The position numbers and the translations under genes are program-made. DNA of 64,000 nt from a virus, in the IMG/VR virus record IMGVR_UViG_3300044729_002678, positions 97,619 to 161,618 of that record; one strand, written 5' to 3'. The notes under the pieces are model-generated. The model worked only from the letters and a program-made list of their open reading frames with translations. It searched no databases and had not been told where the DNA came from. Below, piece by piece: positions 20,625 to 31,675 of the stretch (positions within the stretch are counted from its first letter, which is position 1; each line of letters opens with the position of its first letter).

Positions 20625-21626
20625 TTATATATCAAATGGGGTATAACTAAAAGTTATATTTAGTACCGATGGACATTTCGTATTTATGATAGATTTTATA
20701 TTTACCTCAAATGTATCCAAAGATTGGAATTTTATTATTTCACCACCATAAACAAAATTTAATTTACCGCATTTTTCTAATATATCAACCTTATTAAAAA
20801 TTAAGTTGGTTACACCATTTATATTAATTGCTTTAATAAGTAAATCGATATCCAACCAATTTACTTGTCTACCCCTACCAGTGGTAGCACCATATTCATC
20901 CCCTAATTCTCTTATTTTGATAAATATTTCATCATCACCCTCAAAGTTTTTAGCACCTACATAAGTTCTATATGCTTTTGCTATACCATAAACCTTTCTA
21001 ATCTTTTGTGGTGGAACTCCATTCAATAAAGCAGAACCAACCGTACAATGCGATGATGTTACATATGGGTAATCTCCCCAATCAATATCTAACTCGAATC
21101 CCTGCGCACCCTCAAATAAAATTTTAGATGGGTCTGAATTATGTAGTTCTTCGTAGATATCAATTATATATTTAGAATGTAATTTATCCCCAGCTCTAAT
21201 TCCCCTCCTTGCATATTTATCCCTATACGCAGGCCCATTACCTGTTTTGGTTGTTCCGATGTGAGTATCTTTACTATCCTCCATCAGGTGTTCCGGCTGA
21301 ATTAAATGAACTCTTTTATCAATATGAAGATAATCCGAAACATTAATACCATTATCTTCTAACTCTTTCCACTCTTTACATAAATCTATAAAATTAACTA
21401 CACAACCAGGACCTATAATTGATTTTATTCCATAAAATACACCGACGGGTATGTAGTGGGTTACAAATTTTTTCCCTTTATGATAAACAGTATGACCGGC
21501 GTTTCCACCACCATTGTATCTAATTACATGAGTATATTCACCGCTCTTACAAAGTGAATGTGCAACCTTACCTTTACCAGTATCACCTGCTTGTAAATCT
21601 ACAATTACATCAGCGTATTTTATCAT
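20625..21626 (-). CDS. purA: Adenylosuccinate synthetase (short form)
   Basis: DLQAGDTGKGK, GGGNAGHT, GTTKTGNGPAYRDK, FEGAQG, YPYVTSS, EYGATTGRGR, NKVD; likely start is ATG 21626. Confidence 0.88.
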   Translation of the reverse strand: MIKYADVIVDLQAGDTGKGKVAHSLCKSGEYTHVIRYNGGGNAGHTVYHKGKKFVTHYIPVGVFYGIKSIIGPGCVVNFIDLCKEWKELEDNGINVSDYLHIDKRVHLIQPEHLMEDSKDTHIGTTKTGNGPAYRDKYARRGIRAGDKLHSKYIIDIYEELHNSDPSKILFEGAQGFELDIDWGDYPYVTSSHCTVGSALLNGVPPQKIRKVYGIAKAYRTYVGAKNFEGDDEIFIKIRELGDEYGATTGRGRQVNWLDIDLLIKAININGVTNLIFNKVDILEKCGKLNFVYGGEIIKFQSLDTFEVNIKSIINTKCPSVLNITFSYTPFDI

Positions 21627-21640
21627 ACATAACTTATTTA

Positions 21641-21665
21641 AAAAATAACCCAAGGGCGCGGGTTA
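21641..21665 (-). terminator. Putative intrinsic terminator after hsp20
   Basis: RNA UAACCC-gcgcccuu-GGGUUA followed by a U-run. Confidence 0.5.
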
Positions 21666-21671
21666 CATAAC

Positions 21672-22088
21672 TTATTTAATTTTTAAACTTTTTGGTTTTG
21701 ATTCTTCAGCGAATGGTATTACAATTTTAAGTAACCCATTGTGCATTGTTGCATCGGCTGAATTCAAATCATACTTTCGGGCAACTTTATATCCCAAATT
21801 AAAGGAACGTTTTGATATACCTTTATGAATATAATTTACCTCACTATTGGTTTCTTCTTTTTTAGAATGAGAAATCCTTAATAGGTCTCCCTCAATATTG
21901 ATATTAATATCTTCTTTGGTTAGACCTGTTCCTGCTACCTCAAAACATAAACCATCTTTGGTTTCATAGATATCTACGGGATGTCCGATTTTTACATCCA
22001 TAGCGGGAGCGAAATACGAATCGGTTGTGAAAAAGTTTTTCACCAAAATATCAAATGGTGAAAATGGAAATTCTTTGATGTGTGTCAT
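21672..22088 (-). CDS. Small heat-shock protein Hsp20/IbpA
   Basis: HPVDIYE...YIHKGISKRSF...ATMHNGLLKIVIP alpha-crystallin domain. Confidence 0.92.
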   Translation of the reverse strand: MTHIKEFPFSPFDILVKNFFTTDSYFAPAMDVKIGHPVDIYETKDGLCFEVAGTGLTKEDININIEGDLLRISHSKKEETNSEVNYIHKGISKRSFNLGYKVARKYDLNSADATMHNGLLKIVIPFAEESKPKSLKIK

Positions 22089-22221
22089 AATAGTCCTTAA
22101 ATCTATTTTAATTGTTAAACATAATTTTAATTTTGACCCCTTTCGGTAGTCGGTTGCGCCCTTAGGTTATATTTTATATTTATTACAAATATTATACCAA
22201 CTATGGTTGGTTGACAAATTG

Positions 22222-24488
22222 TCAGTTTAAAGACATTGGTGGTATTTGTCCAATGATAATATATGTATTGTAAGTAGTTTTTTTAACTTTACTGCTGGTT
22301 AAATATTTCAATATAAAACCATCAAGCCATAATTTATTAAGAGCCTGTTGTAATGAAAATTCTTCTGAATTAGATTCAATATGAATTAATTTCAATACCG
22401 TATCAGAAACAGGGTTGGTTTCCATATGATGATTAATAGCACCAAAGGATGATTTATTCGCACCCTCTAATTCAGATTCAATATCTTCATCATCACCTAA
22501 CTTATCAAAAAACCCCGAATACATATCGGAAAAATAAATAAGTTTATCTCTTGCCGATAATCCTTTGTAAAAATCATATTCATTCTTATCCCAAAAAGAT
22601 TCCAAATTTACATTATCCATACCTATAAATAGTTAATTTTTTTTGAATTCTTGGTTTAACCAAAATAAAACCTCTTTTGAAACGGCGGTATTTTCTTCTG
22701 TTATATATTCATCCAAAATCCAAGTAACTTCTTCTAATACCGAATTATTATTGTAATAAGTTTTATTTAGAATTAATTGTAATTTATCTCGCATTTGTTT
22801 TTTATACAAATCATCAATAATTACATCAGTTTTAAAAAACTTTTTTTTAAGATTCTTTTTTATTAAAGTAAAATATGGTTCTTTTTTATTTTTTAAAATC
22901 TCACAACAATTTTCAATATATTCTGAAAAAGATACATCTTTATTAATTAATAAAGGTTCTTCGTTGGTTAGGTTTAATGCACCCGTAATGTTTTTTTCAG
23001 ATATTTCAAACCCATCCTCATCAAATTGACCGTATCCACCAAACAATGCCTTTTTTATTTTATCAAATTCGGTTGTTGCTTGGATTGAGCCGGTAATATA
23101 CATTTTACTAATTAAAAATATTTAACCTAAATTTTTTATCAACTGTATGTAATGCGTCTTGAAGAGTTTCAATAATTTTTTCTGCTTCCGCTTTTGTAAC
23201 CACCATTTCAGCATTACCTATCTTTAAACTACCGATTTCGGTAAATGGTTTTACAGGATAATCCGATGGTTTTAATTCAGGATTTAATTGTAAATCAATA
23301 CCCGAAAAATTCTTTCCAGCATATTTTTGAAATTTGGCTTCTTGCTTTTGAGTTACACCAAAAGAATTATTTACAAAATTTTTAATTGGTGCGTTTTTAT
23401 ATTTACTACTCATAACTTAATTGGTTTAATTGTTATACAGTAATAAATACAAAAAAATAATTAATTATTATGTTTTTTTAATCCTTTTATTTCGATTTGA
23501 AACTCTACCAAATTTGACTTCATCAAAATCCATAATCATTTTATCGGGGTGGGTTCTATTGATATTTTGAGTTGTCTTAATAGACTCGTTTGCCCAAAAC
23601 CACGCCCTTTCTAATGTTTTTTGTGGGGGTATAAAATTTTCTTCACCAATATACCCATCCACGCCATTATAAATTCTATAAAGACCCTCAGTTGTAATTA
23701 CCGATTTTGCTTTTGGATATTTTTTTAGAATCCGTTTTTTAATTCTATCGGTAGCTGAATTAGCCGATACTATCTTCTTTACTTTCTGATTGCTTTTCAT
23801 TGAAAATTTGGGTTAATCGTTTATTAATTAAAAAACCATTTGCTATTTCTTTGTTTAATGAACAATTTTCTATTAATCTACCATCTTCAAGTTTTACATC
23901 GTAGGCGTTACTGTTCTTAATTTTATTTTTTGAAACTATTTTACCTACCCGAAAATCTTTGTAAACGGCTACTACTACAATATCACCTATACCATACACC
24001 ATAATTAGTTTCCGATTACATTTAAGATTTTTGTTTGTGTAACGGAACTAACTTCAAATTCCAATGGAGAGCTTTGTAGAAAAGCTGTGATATGGGCTTC
24101 TGCATCAGTAACCGATACTGCTTTTACCAAATACTGTTCAGTATTCTTTTTAATTTTACCATTACCATTGTCGGTTTCGACTTTTACTTTTACTAAATAA
24201 TACATCATAATTTTATTTTTTTAAATTGTTTACAACTTTTTCACATGCTTTTACGAAGTTTTCTTTTCCCCATTTACCTAATTGAGTGTGGTGAGAATGT
24301 GATATTGAATCTCCACTAACAGCAGAAGATATATAAGCAAATCTTTTTAACTTATAGCCTGATAGTGGGGATGAAAACTGCTTTAAGTATTCGGCTTTAC
24401 TATCCAAGTATTCAAAAAAATCATCCTTTGATAAAGAATCAATTTCTTGATTTGTTAGCGGTTTATTTGGGTTATATATCATATACAA
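22222..24488 (-). other. Run of small hypothetical phage ORFs (22222-22620, 22633-23103, 23108-23413, 23468-23800, 23760-24002, 24213-24488)
   Basis: Tightly packed co-oriented ORFs with no recognised motifs. Confidence 0.55.
24005..24208 (-). CDS. DUF4494-like protein (Bacteroidota-type)
   Basis: YYLVKVK...NGKIKKNTEQYLVKAVSVTDAEA pattern. Confidence 0.65.
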   Translation of the reverse strand: MMYYLVKVKVETDNGNGKIKKNTEQYLVKAVSVTDAEAHITAFLQSSPLEFEVSSVTQTKILNVIGN

Positions 24489-24558
24489 ATATACAAAATT
24501 ATTTTGTAAATTCCAAGTTTTATGTATTTAAATTTGATAATAATGTTTACCACAATGT

Positions 24559-24882
24559 TTAGTGTTTAGTTTCTTCAATTAGTTCTCCGTCTTTCCAATG
24601 ACGGGTTTTGGTAATGTTTCCCTGTTCATCAAATTCCTCCTCAATTCCATCCGCCTTACCTTCTTTGTATGGGGTTCTCCAATGGATTTTTCCGTTTTCA
24701 TAGAACATTTCCTCAATTCCATCCTTCTTATCCTCTTTGTATGAGGTTCTCCATCGAATGTTTCCGTCCGCATAGAACCACTCCCAAATACCTTCTTGTT
24801 GCTCTTTTGAGTTTAGTTGTCCTTTGACCCATATATTTCCGTTGTCATAGTATTCAATGTAGGGTGTGAGTTTGTTTTTCAT
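24559..24882 (-). CDS. MORN-variant (YwqK-like) repeat protein, paralog A
   Basis: Repeats of EG.WE.FY.NGNI..RTPYK.GK.DG; likely start is the second Met. Confidence 0.8.
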   Translation of the reverse strand: MKNKLTPYIEYYDNGNIWVKGQLNSKEQQEGIWEWFYADGNIRWRTSYKEDKKDGIEEMFYENGKIHWRTPYKEGKADGIEEEFDEQGNITKTRHWKDGELIEETKH

Positions 24883-24886
24883 AGGT

Positions 24887-25681
24887 TTAGTGTTCAGTTG
24901 TTTCAATTAGTTCTCCATTTTTCCATAGAGTGGTTTCTACGATGTTTCCTTGTTCATCAAATTCCTCCACAATTCCATCTATCTTACCCTCTTTGTAAGG
25001 GGTTCTCCATTTGATATTTCCGTTTTCACCAAAAACCTCCTCAATGCCATCCTCCTTATCCTCTTTGAATGGGATTCTCAATCTGATGTTTCCGTTAAAA
25101 TCGAACAACTCCCAAAGACCTTCTTCTTGTCCTTTGGAGTTCTTTTGTCCTTTGATATACACATTCCCGTTGCGGTGATATTCAATGTGGGGTGTGAGTT
25201 CGGGTTCAGTTGTTTCAATTATTTCTCCATCTTTCCATAGATAGGTTTCGATGATGTACCCTTGTTCATCAAACCACTCCTCAATACCATCTATCTTACC
25301 CCGTTTGTATGGGGTTCTCCGTTGGATGTTTCCGTATTTATAGAAGAACTCCTGAATTCCATCCTCCTTACCTCCTTTGTAAGGGGTTCTCCAATGGATG
25401 TTTCCGTTTGTATAGAAATACTCCCAAAGACCTTCTTCTTGTCCACTGGAGTTCTTTTGACCTTTAACCTGTACATTTCCGTTGGGGTGGTATTTAATGT
25501 GGGGTGTGAGTTCTGCATTTTCCGACTTGGATTGAATGTTTGTGTAAATATCGAAAATCTCGTCTATGGTGTATAGTTTGTTTTTGTAAAAACGACAAAC
25601 ACCTGCTGTGTGCTTTGCTTCGTCTGTGTGGATTAATACCCACCTTGCGAATTTAACTTGCTCGTTCATTTTGTTTTTCAT
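24887..25681 (-). CDS. MORN-variant repeat protein, paralog B (two modules)
   Basis: Two ELTPHI.YH.NGNV modules after a unique N-terminus. Confidence 0.8.
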   Translation of the reverse strand: MKNKMNEQVKFARWVLIHTDEAKHTAGVCRFYKNKLYTIDEIFDIYTNIQSKSENAELTPHIKYHPNGNVQVKGQKNSSGQEEGLWEYFYTNGNIHWRTPYKGGKEDGIQEFFYKYGNIQRRTPYKRGKIDGIEEWFDEQGYIIETYLWKDGEIIETTEPELTPHIEYHRNGNVYIKGQKNSKGQEEGLWELFDFNGNIRLRIPFKEDKEDGIEEVFGENGNIKWRTPYKEGKIDGIVEEFDEQGNIVETTLWKNGELIETTEH

Positions 25682-25691
25682 AGTGTAAAGT

Positions 25692-26342
25692 TTAGTAAAT
25701 GTATTGACCGACCCATTGTGTTAGGCCATCTGAGGTGGTGGTCTTTCTTTTAAAAATTCTAACCGCGTTGTCTCCAAATTGCTCATAACTATCTATTGCA
25801 GTGCACTCAAAAGCAACAGGTGTCTTTGGTTGTTGGAGGGATTGGATTAACTCTCCATAAAACTTATAAAACTTTACTGCATACTCACCTGAAGTTATTT
25901 TTCTATTTTCTTCTGAAAAAATGATAGCTTTGTGTATGGCAGTTTTAAGTTGTTCCTCTGTGTACTTGTACTTCTCTTTGGCTTTGTTGTAGCCTACAAT
26001 AAATGATGAAACCTCATAATCAGTAACTCCAACTTTTTTATATGAACTTTTAAATTCCTCAGCCAACTTCACAACATCATCTTCAAGTGGTGGTAGTAAG
26101 TCAACACCTTCAAGAACAGGTGAGTTGTTGAGTGGTAAATGGGATATGATTTTCTTACAATAGTCCATGTGTATTTGGCCGTTGCCTTCAAATAGGAATT
26201 GTTCGTTGTAGTAATCATTGACTTTCCTTATGTCTAACACTTCCAATTCAGAGCAGTCAACAAGCACTGTGTCTCCAATAGCAATCTCTGAATCATCTAC
26301 CACCAATAGGTAGTTGTCTGTTTTAATGATGCTGTGTGTCAT
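25692..26342 (-). CDS. Hypothetical protein
   Basis: 216 aa ORF; no recognised motif. Confidence 0.55.
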   Translation of the reverse strand: MTHSIIKTDNYLLVVDDSEIAIGDTVLVDCSELEVLDIRKVNDYYNEQFLFEGNGQIHMDYCKKIISHLPLNNSPVLEGVDLLPPLEDDVVKLAEEFKSSYKKVGVTDYEVSSFIVGYNKAKEKYKYTEEQLKTAIHKAIIFSEENRKITSGEYAVKFYKFYGELIQSLQQPKTPVAFECTAIDSYEQFGDNAVRIFKRKTTTSDGLTQWVGQYIY

Positions 26343-26780
26343 AACTTTTATTTTTTAAGTTCCAAACTTTTTTGATAATAATAATTATAAAGTTCTTCTA
26401 AATTCATTGGCTCTTCATTCATCATTTCATTCCACATATCAATCCCAAACTTTTTTTGTAGTTCATTCCTAAGAGAATTCAATATACGCATTTCATCTAA
26501 CTCACCCTCAAACTCAAGCTTTAAAGCACGAACCCTATCCATTCTACTCGCATCCCGTGCTATTTCTAATCTATCTGAATTAGAATCACCCCCATATTTT
26601 TTATAGGCGAGCTCGTAAGCACGATTTGCTTTTTTTCTGGCTTCAAATGCTTGAAGAAAAAATTCCGATAAATCGAAATCACCATTTTGTATTTTATCAA
26701 AAAGATGGGAGTTAAAAGAAAGGGGCCGTTTTTTCGGCCCCCGTCTCCACCACTTAAACTTATTATAACCCATACTAATT

Positions 26781-28064
26781 TTAGAAAGGGTTTTGTACCG
26801 GAGTAGCTTCTTCAGTATTAAAGAGGTTTTCTTCACCTACCTTAATAAACTTTTGAACATACTGCTTCATAAACACACGCTCCGATTGAGCACCACCCGT
26901 ATTATCAAAGAAGGGATAGATAGCAATTTCAGCAGCCTCCTGCAAATTAAACCCATCATACAACAGCGAACCAATCTCCACCGCAGTTCGGGTAGATAAT
27001 GAGTTGGTCAACTTCGGCGATTCGGATTTAACCTCATCACGAGTCATTGAAGTAATTTCGGCTACACTATCAATCAAAGATTTTGATACAGATGGATACA
27101 TCATAGAGAGCAATTCAGCCTCTTCATCTTTTGTGAGAGATTCCATCTCAATCACCGTAAATCGGTCAAGTATCGCACGGTCAAGCAATCGTGTCGCTGT
27201 ATATTCATTACCAATATTAGCGGAAGCGATAAACGAAACACCATCAGCCACATTGATAGTGGGTGAATCAGCGGCTTCATCAAGTCGGAGATAGCGTTGA
27301 CCCGGATCGAGAACAGTCATTAGAATGTTCCATGCTTCGGGGTGAGCCCTCGTAATCTCGTCAAGTACCACCACAGTGTTTGGTGTTTGGATTGCTTTTA
27401 CAAATGGTGATTGATTAAACACCGTACCTTTAGTGGTATCAAATTGAGTATTACCAATCAAAGTGCTGCGAGGGTCTTGGGTAGCTCCCAAGTTGATGAT
27501 AAAGGTATTGTAACCATCAATAGAACTAGCCGCTGCTTTAGCCGCCATAGTCTTACCACAACCAGCCGCACCTGTCATCATAATGTTCTTACCACGAAGA
27601 ATATTTCGAACCAAATATTTCCACTTTAATTCCGGCATAAACAACATCTTTGGTTTTAAGGATGCCGCCTCATTGTGGATGAAGTTCAAAACATTTTCAG
27701 GCATAACAACCGGCGCAACTGCTGCCGGAGTATTAACCACCGGAGGAGCGGTAGATACAACATCCATAGAATATTGGGCCAACCCACCATTTGGTTTATT
27801 GAAATTTAAGACCGGAGAATTATCGGTAACTTTTGAAGCGGGAACACGCCCAAAACAAAGTTGACCGGATGTAAACGAACCCTTTACCCTAACTTTGAAA
27901 CGAAATTTATCAGGGTTTTTAGCGGCCTGTTTTGCCCTACGATTGAGCGAACTGCCTGGCTCATTAAGAGCAGGGATGTTGAACATGACCCCAGCGGAGT
28001 CTTTGAACAATAGTACACCATTGCTTTCAACGATAGTACCGAAAACGAATCTTTGATTTTTCAT
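26781..28064 (-). CDS. MoxR/CbbQ/CobS-like AAA+ ATPase
   Basis: Walker A GAAGCGKT, Walker B VVVLDEITR, ASANIG, LDRAILDRF. Confidence 0.88.
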   Translation of the reverse strand: MKNQRFVFGTIVESNGVLLFKDSAGVMFNIPALNEPGSSLNRRAKQAAKNPDKFRFKVRVKGSFTSGQLCFGRVPASKVTDNSPVLNFNKPNGGLAQYSMDVVSTAPPVVNTPAAVAPVVMPENVLNFIHNEAASLKPKMLFMPELKWKYLVRNILRGKNIMMTGAAGCGKTMAAKAAASSIDGYNTFIINLGATQDPRSTLIGNTQFDTTKGTVFNQSPFVKAIQTPNTVVVLDEITRAHPEAWNILMTVLDPGQRYLRLDEAADSPTINVADGVSFIASANIGNEYTATRLLDRAILDRFTVIEMESLTKDEEAELLSMMYPSVSKSLIDSVAEITSMTRDEVKSESPKLTNSLSTRTAVEIGSLLYDGFNLQEAAEIAIYPFFDNTGGAQSERVFMKQYVQKFIKVGEENLFNTEEATPVQNPF

Positions 28065-28192
28065 AATAATTTGATTTGGGGGTTAAGGGGTTTAAGTTAC
28101 AAAGTAAAGATAAGGAAGAAATAGCAAATATCCAAGCTTTTTATGTTAAATTATCGTTAAATTTATCCACATTTTGGGGTAAAGTGTCCATT

Positions 28193-30334
28193 TTATTGGA
28201 CACCTACCTCAAATTTAGCATTCAGGGTTTTGGCCAGGTCAATTACTTCGGTCACATTCACGAACCTGGCATCCTTACCATACATTTCAGAAAACACATC
28301 CATATTATAATCACCACCGCCCGAAGATACATAGTAGGATAAAACACTAACACCACCCATCTTCATTTTATTTATTTGGGCGGCGGTATGTTTAATAGCA
28401 TCATTACCACCGTAATTTATATCTTTATTATGGAACTGAGGCATCCCGTCGGAAAAGTTAATCAGATATTTTTCTGAGCCATCTTTGGTGTTCATAATCT
28501 CATTCATAATAGCCTCATAACACAACCCTTCGGGAGTAGTACCATTTGGAACAATGTGGCCGAATAAATTCTTAATCTTTGAAAAATTATCTACACGACT
28601 ATCATACGCAATTACGATAAGTGGTATATCATGATTTGATTCATAAGTGCTTCGGTAACTAATAACCACATTAATGTTTGAGGTCATTGAAGCCGCCTTA
28701 GCGATAGCAACCACAGCAGTTTGTGTTTTATTCCATTTAGAACCACCCATAGAACCACTAGCATCAATTGAAATATGAAGGGTAACGGGTTTTACCGAAT
28801 TGGATTGAATTTTATCAAAAATATTAAAATTACCAAACCCAATCTCATGCAACATTCGGGAGGATATTTTACCCGATTTAAGGCGGGGAGTAACCAAACT
28901 ACGATTCTCATCACGCGTCTTTAGCTTTTTACCAAGCAACATACCCAAAGAAATACCATCATTAATATTTTTCTGAAGGTAACTAATGTTACCCTCATAA
29001 TTTGTGGTAATACCAAACACAGAGGATTCAATTAATTGTTTTGTAAGTTTTTTAACAACATAACAATTTGTTTTCATAACCCTACCATAACCATCTAAAG
29101 CGGAAACACTCTTTAAGTCAATGTTTGATTCCTCCAAAGCGTTTACATTATTGGAATCACCTTTACTCATTTTCTTTTTAGAGATATCACCTCGTATAAA
29201 ATCTTTTTGCTTTTTGATAGCCTTATCAAGCTTATTTTTATTGGTAGGAGTAAGTTTATCATCACCACCCGAAGTAGGTTTACCACCATCCGGTGAATGG
29301 TCTAAATTACCATCACCACTATCAATATCTGAATCACTATTTTCAGTAGAATCGGTATCACCATCACTATTAGAATCACCACTATCAGAATCACCACCAC
29401 CAGCGGAAGAATTCATACTATCATCACCCGTTTGAGGAGAGTCAAAATCACCACTCATTGGCGATTGGCCCGATGATGAACCATCACCACTATCAGTATT
29501 TTCTGAAGCATCATTAGAAGAACCACCATTACCACCACTTTGTTTTTCAGCGGTAACAGCATCATAGATAGTTAAGAAAATATCCACCGCCAAATCCATA
29601 CTATCTTCGGTCGTTTTCAACCTACCAATATTATTCAAGTCTAACAAATTCCAAATGATAGGAAAGGCTTTTAAAGCATCCATCCTACGATTTTTATTGG
29701 TAATATTAATCAGGCGGAACATATAAGATTCCCAATCTTCTGAAGTGTATTCATCCGATTTTAGACCCTTATCAATAATACTATCATTAAAGTATTTGTC
29801 ATACATAGTGTGATAATAACCACGATAACCGGGCGCCGAGTTATAAACATAACTATCAATCCGCCTATCCTCAACAATATTGAGAATATCTTTTAGGTAA
29901 CTATCTTTAGCACGAACAATATCCTGTTCAATATCAGGATTACTATTAATCCTATTTTGGATTTTGGTTGGATTCGAAGAATTACTACTGAAATATTTTT
30001 GTAGTAATGTAAAGTCGGTCAACTTAATATGCGAACCTTCATGAAGAGCCAAACCAACCGCTGGGTCAAATTCGGCATCATCAAGTTTGGATGAAATTAC
30101 CACCGTAGTACCATCGGTATAGGATTGGTCGCCGTTTGAAAATTTGACAGGAATATGTTTACCCGTTACAATATTAACAAAATTACCAATAGCCCGTTTG
30201 TAGGAAGCCAACTTAATAAGGTCATTTTTATTATCAATAGCCTCACCACGAGCATTCACACGAACAGGTGCGAACAAAGATTTATCCAACCAGAAGTCGG
30301 AATAATAAGATTTATGATTTTTGTAGTGTTTCAT
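28193..30334 (-). CDS. VWA-domain partner (CobT-like) with N-terminal HExxH domain and acidic linker
   Basis: ALHEGSH, NIVEDRRID, D/S/G-rich linker, MIDAS DASGS...T...FSDG. Confidence 0.85.
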   Translation of the reverse strand: MKHYKNHKSYYSDFWLDKSLFAPVRVNARGEAIDNKNDLIKLASYKRAIGNFVNIVTGKHIPVKFSNGDQSYTDGTTVVISSKLDDAEFDPAVGLALHEGSHIKLTDFTLLQKYFSSNSSNPTKIQNRINSNPDIEQDIVRAKDSYLKDILNIVEDRRIDSYVYNSAPGYRGYYHTMYDKYFNDSIIDKGLKSDEYTSEDWESYMFRLINITNKNRRMDALKAFPIIWNLLDLNNIGRLKTTEDSMDLAVDIFLTIYDAVTAEKQSGGNGGSSNDASENTDSGDGSSSGQSPMSGDFDSPQTGDDSMNSSAGGGDSDSGDSNSDGDTDSTENSDSDIDSGDGNLDHSPDGGKPTSGGDDKLTPTNKNKLDKAIKKQKDFIRGDISKKKMSKGDSNNVNALEESNIDLKSVSALDGYGRVMKTNCYVVKKLTKQLIESSVFGITTNYEGNISYLQKNINDGISLGMLLGKKLKTRDENRSLVTPRLKSGKISSRMLHEIGFGNFNIFDKIQSNSVKPVTLHISIDASGSMGGSKWNKTQTAVVAIAKAASMTSNINVVISYRSTYESNHDIPLIVIAYDSRVDNFSKIKNLFGHIVPNGTTPEGLCYEAIMNEIMNTKDGSEKYLINFSDGMPQFHNKDINYGGNDAIKHTAAQINKMKMGGVSVLSYYVSSGGGDYNMDVFSEMYGKDARFVNVTEVIDLAKTLNAKFEVGVQ

Positions 30335-30685
30335 ATATTAGGGATTAACTTACAATGTAAAGATAAGAAAGAAATAGTAAATATCCAAGCTTTCTATGTT
30401 AAATTTGCGTTAAATCTTTTTTCCAAGATTTATCCTTTCTTGAATACGCCTTTAATGATGGGACAACCTGTTCTGTCATTTTTTTACCAATATGGTGTGC
30501 AGCATCCCCAGAAGTCCAATTTCCGTTGAAATCAAGTACTTTTTTATCTCTTTTGGTTTTACTCATATCAATAATTATTTAATACTTAAAGATAGTAATA
30601 AAAAAGCAAAATTCCAAGCTTTTTCCCTAAAAGTTATCCACATTTTAGGGTTAAAAAGTGTCCAATATATTGGACAGTTTGTAAA

Positions 30686-31129
30686 TTATCCGTTATAGAT
30701 ATCAAATCCACCCGAAGAATCGGGCGTTTGTTTTGGTGGGATTTTAAACCCATATTTAATTTTAACCCGCTCTGATATGGGTATAGGATTCCCCTCTTCA
30801 TCAATTCTTACAAAGGTAATGTAGGTAGATACTACGGTGGTTTGCTTTCCAGTGTAAACATTATGGGCTCGGGCCTCAATATATAATTTAACTGATGTAT
30901 TGCCTATATTATGGACTTTACCATAAACCTTTAATAACTGCCCTTCTTTTGCAGGTTTTTTAAATAGACATTCTTCTATTTTAATAGTAACCACACGGGG
31001 TGTATCGCATACCTGCATTGCATAGGCTGCGGCAGAAGCATCAATCCATGCCAATGCTTTTCCACCAAATAGATTTCCGTGAAATCCTAAATCTGATTTT
31101 TTGACGGGATATGTATTAATTAACTCCAT
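30686..31129 (-). CDS. Acyl-CoA thioesterase (HotDog, YciA-like)
   Basis: DLGFHGNLFGGKALAWID...VVT...IGNTSV...TFVRID. Confidence 0.88.
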   Translation of the reverse strand: MELINTYPVKKSDLGFHGNLFGGKALAWIDASAAAYAMQVCDTPRVVTIKIEECLFKKPAKEGQLLKVYGKVHNIGNTSVKLYIEARAHNVYTGKQTTVVSTYITFVRIDEEGNPIPISERVKIKYGFKIPPKQTPDSSGGFDIYNG

Positions 31130-31329
31130 CTGTTATTTCTTCAAATGGTATAGATACTATTTCTCTACAAAAATACAACATTCCATCTTTTTTAAATGCG
31201 TGAGAGCAGTTCCAATATTGCTTCACCCCATCCACATTCAACACACCATCCTCTCGTACGGCTCTATAAACTTGAAACATTGAATCATTAACATATATAA
31301 CCTGTCCAATATTCATTTTAAAAATTTTT

Positions 31330-31401
31330 GAGCGGGTAGATGGAATCGAACCACCTTCATAGGCTTGGAAAGCGAATGTAATACCAATATACGATACCCG
31401 C
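31330..31401 (-). tRNA. tRNA-Gly(TCC)
   Basis: GCGGGTA...TTCCAA loop...GGTTCGATTCC...TACCCGCT. Confidence 0.85.
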
Positions 31402-31429
31402 AAGTTCCCCCAATTAAGGGGGGATTTGA

Positions 31430-31600
31430 TTACTGAGCAGCTTGAGTAGTGCTATCTACTGCAGGATACAACTCTTGAGTTGAATCAATTACAGAAGAAT
31501 CTACTGGTTCAGCGGTTTGTTCGACCTGTTCAGCGTTATTGCTACATGATGTAAGTGATACAATCATAGCAATCATTGTTGAAAAAAAGATGTTTTTCAT
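31430..31600 (-). CDS. Small lipoprotein (56 aa, not in ORF track)
   Basis: MKNIFFSTMIAMIVSLTSC lipobox-type signal. Confidence 0.55.
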   Translation of the reverse strand: MKNIFFSTMIAMIVSLTSCSNNAEQVEQTAEPVDSSVIDSTQELYPAVDSTTQAAQ

Positions 31601-31675
31601 AATTAAATTGGTTTAAATTTTACACAATATACGAAACTATTTTGATATTTCCAAATTTTTTACAAATAAATACAA

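Noticed and set aside
20625-21626. PurZ / Z-genome pathway
   Set aside because: The key P-loop residue is Asp (GDTGKG), not Ser, and the GTP-type NKVD motif is present; no clear MazZ/DatZ cluster is adjacent.
26781-30334. MoxR-VWA pair as a novel system or true cobalamin CobST
   Set aside because: This is a common module in large phages, and no other cobalamin genes are present.
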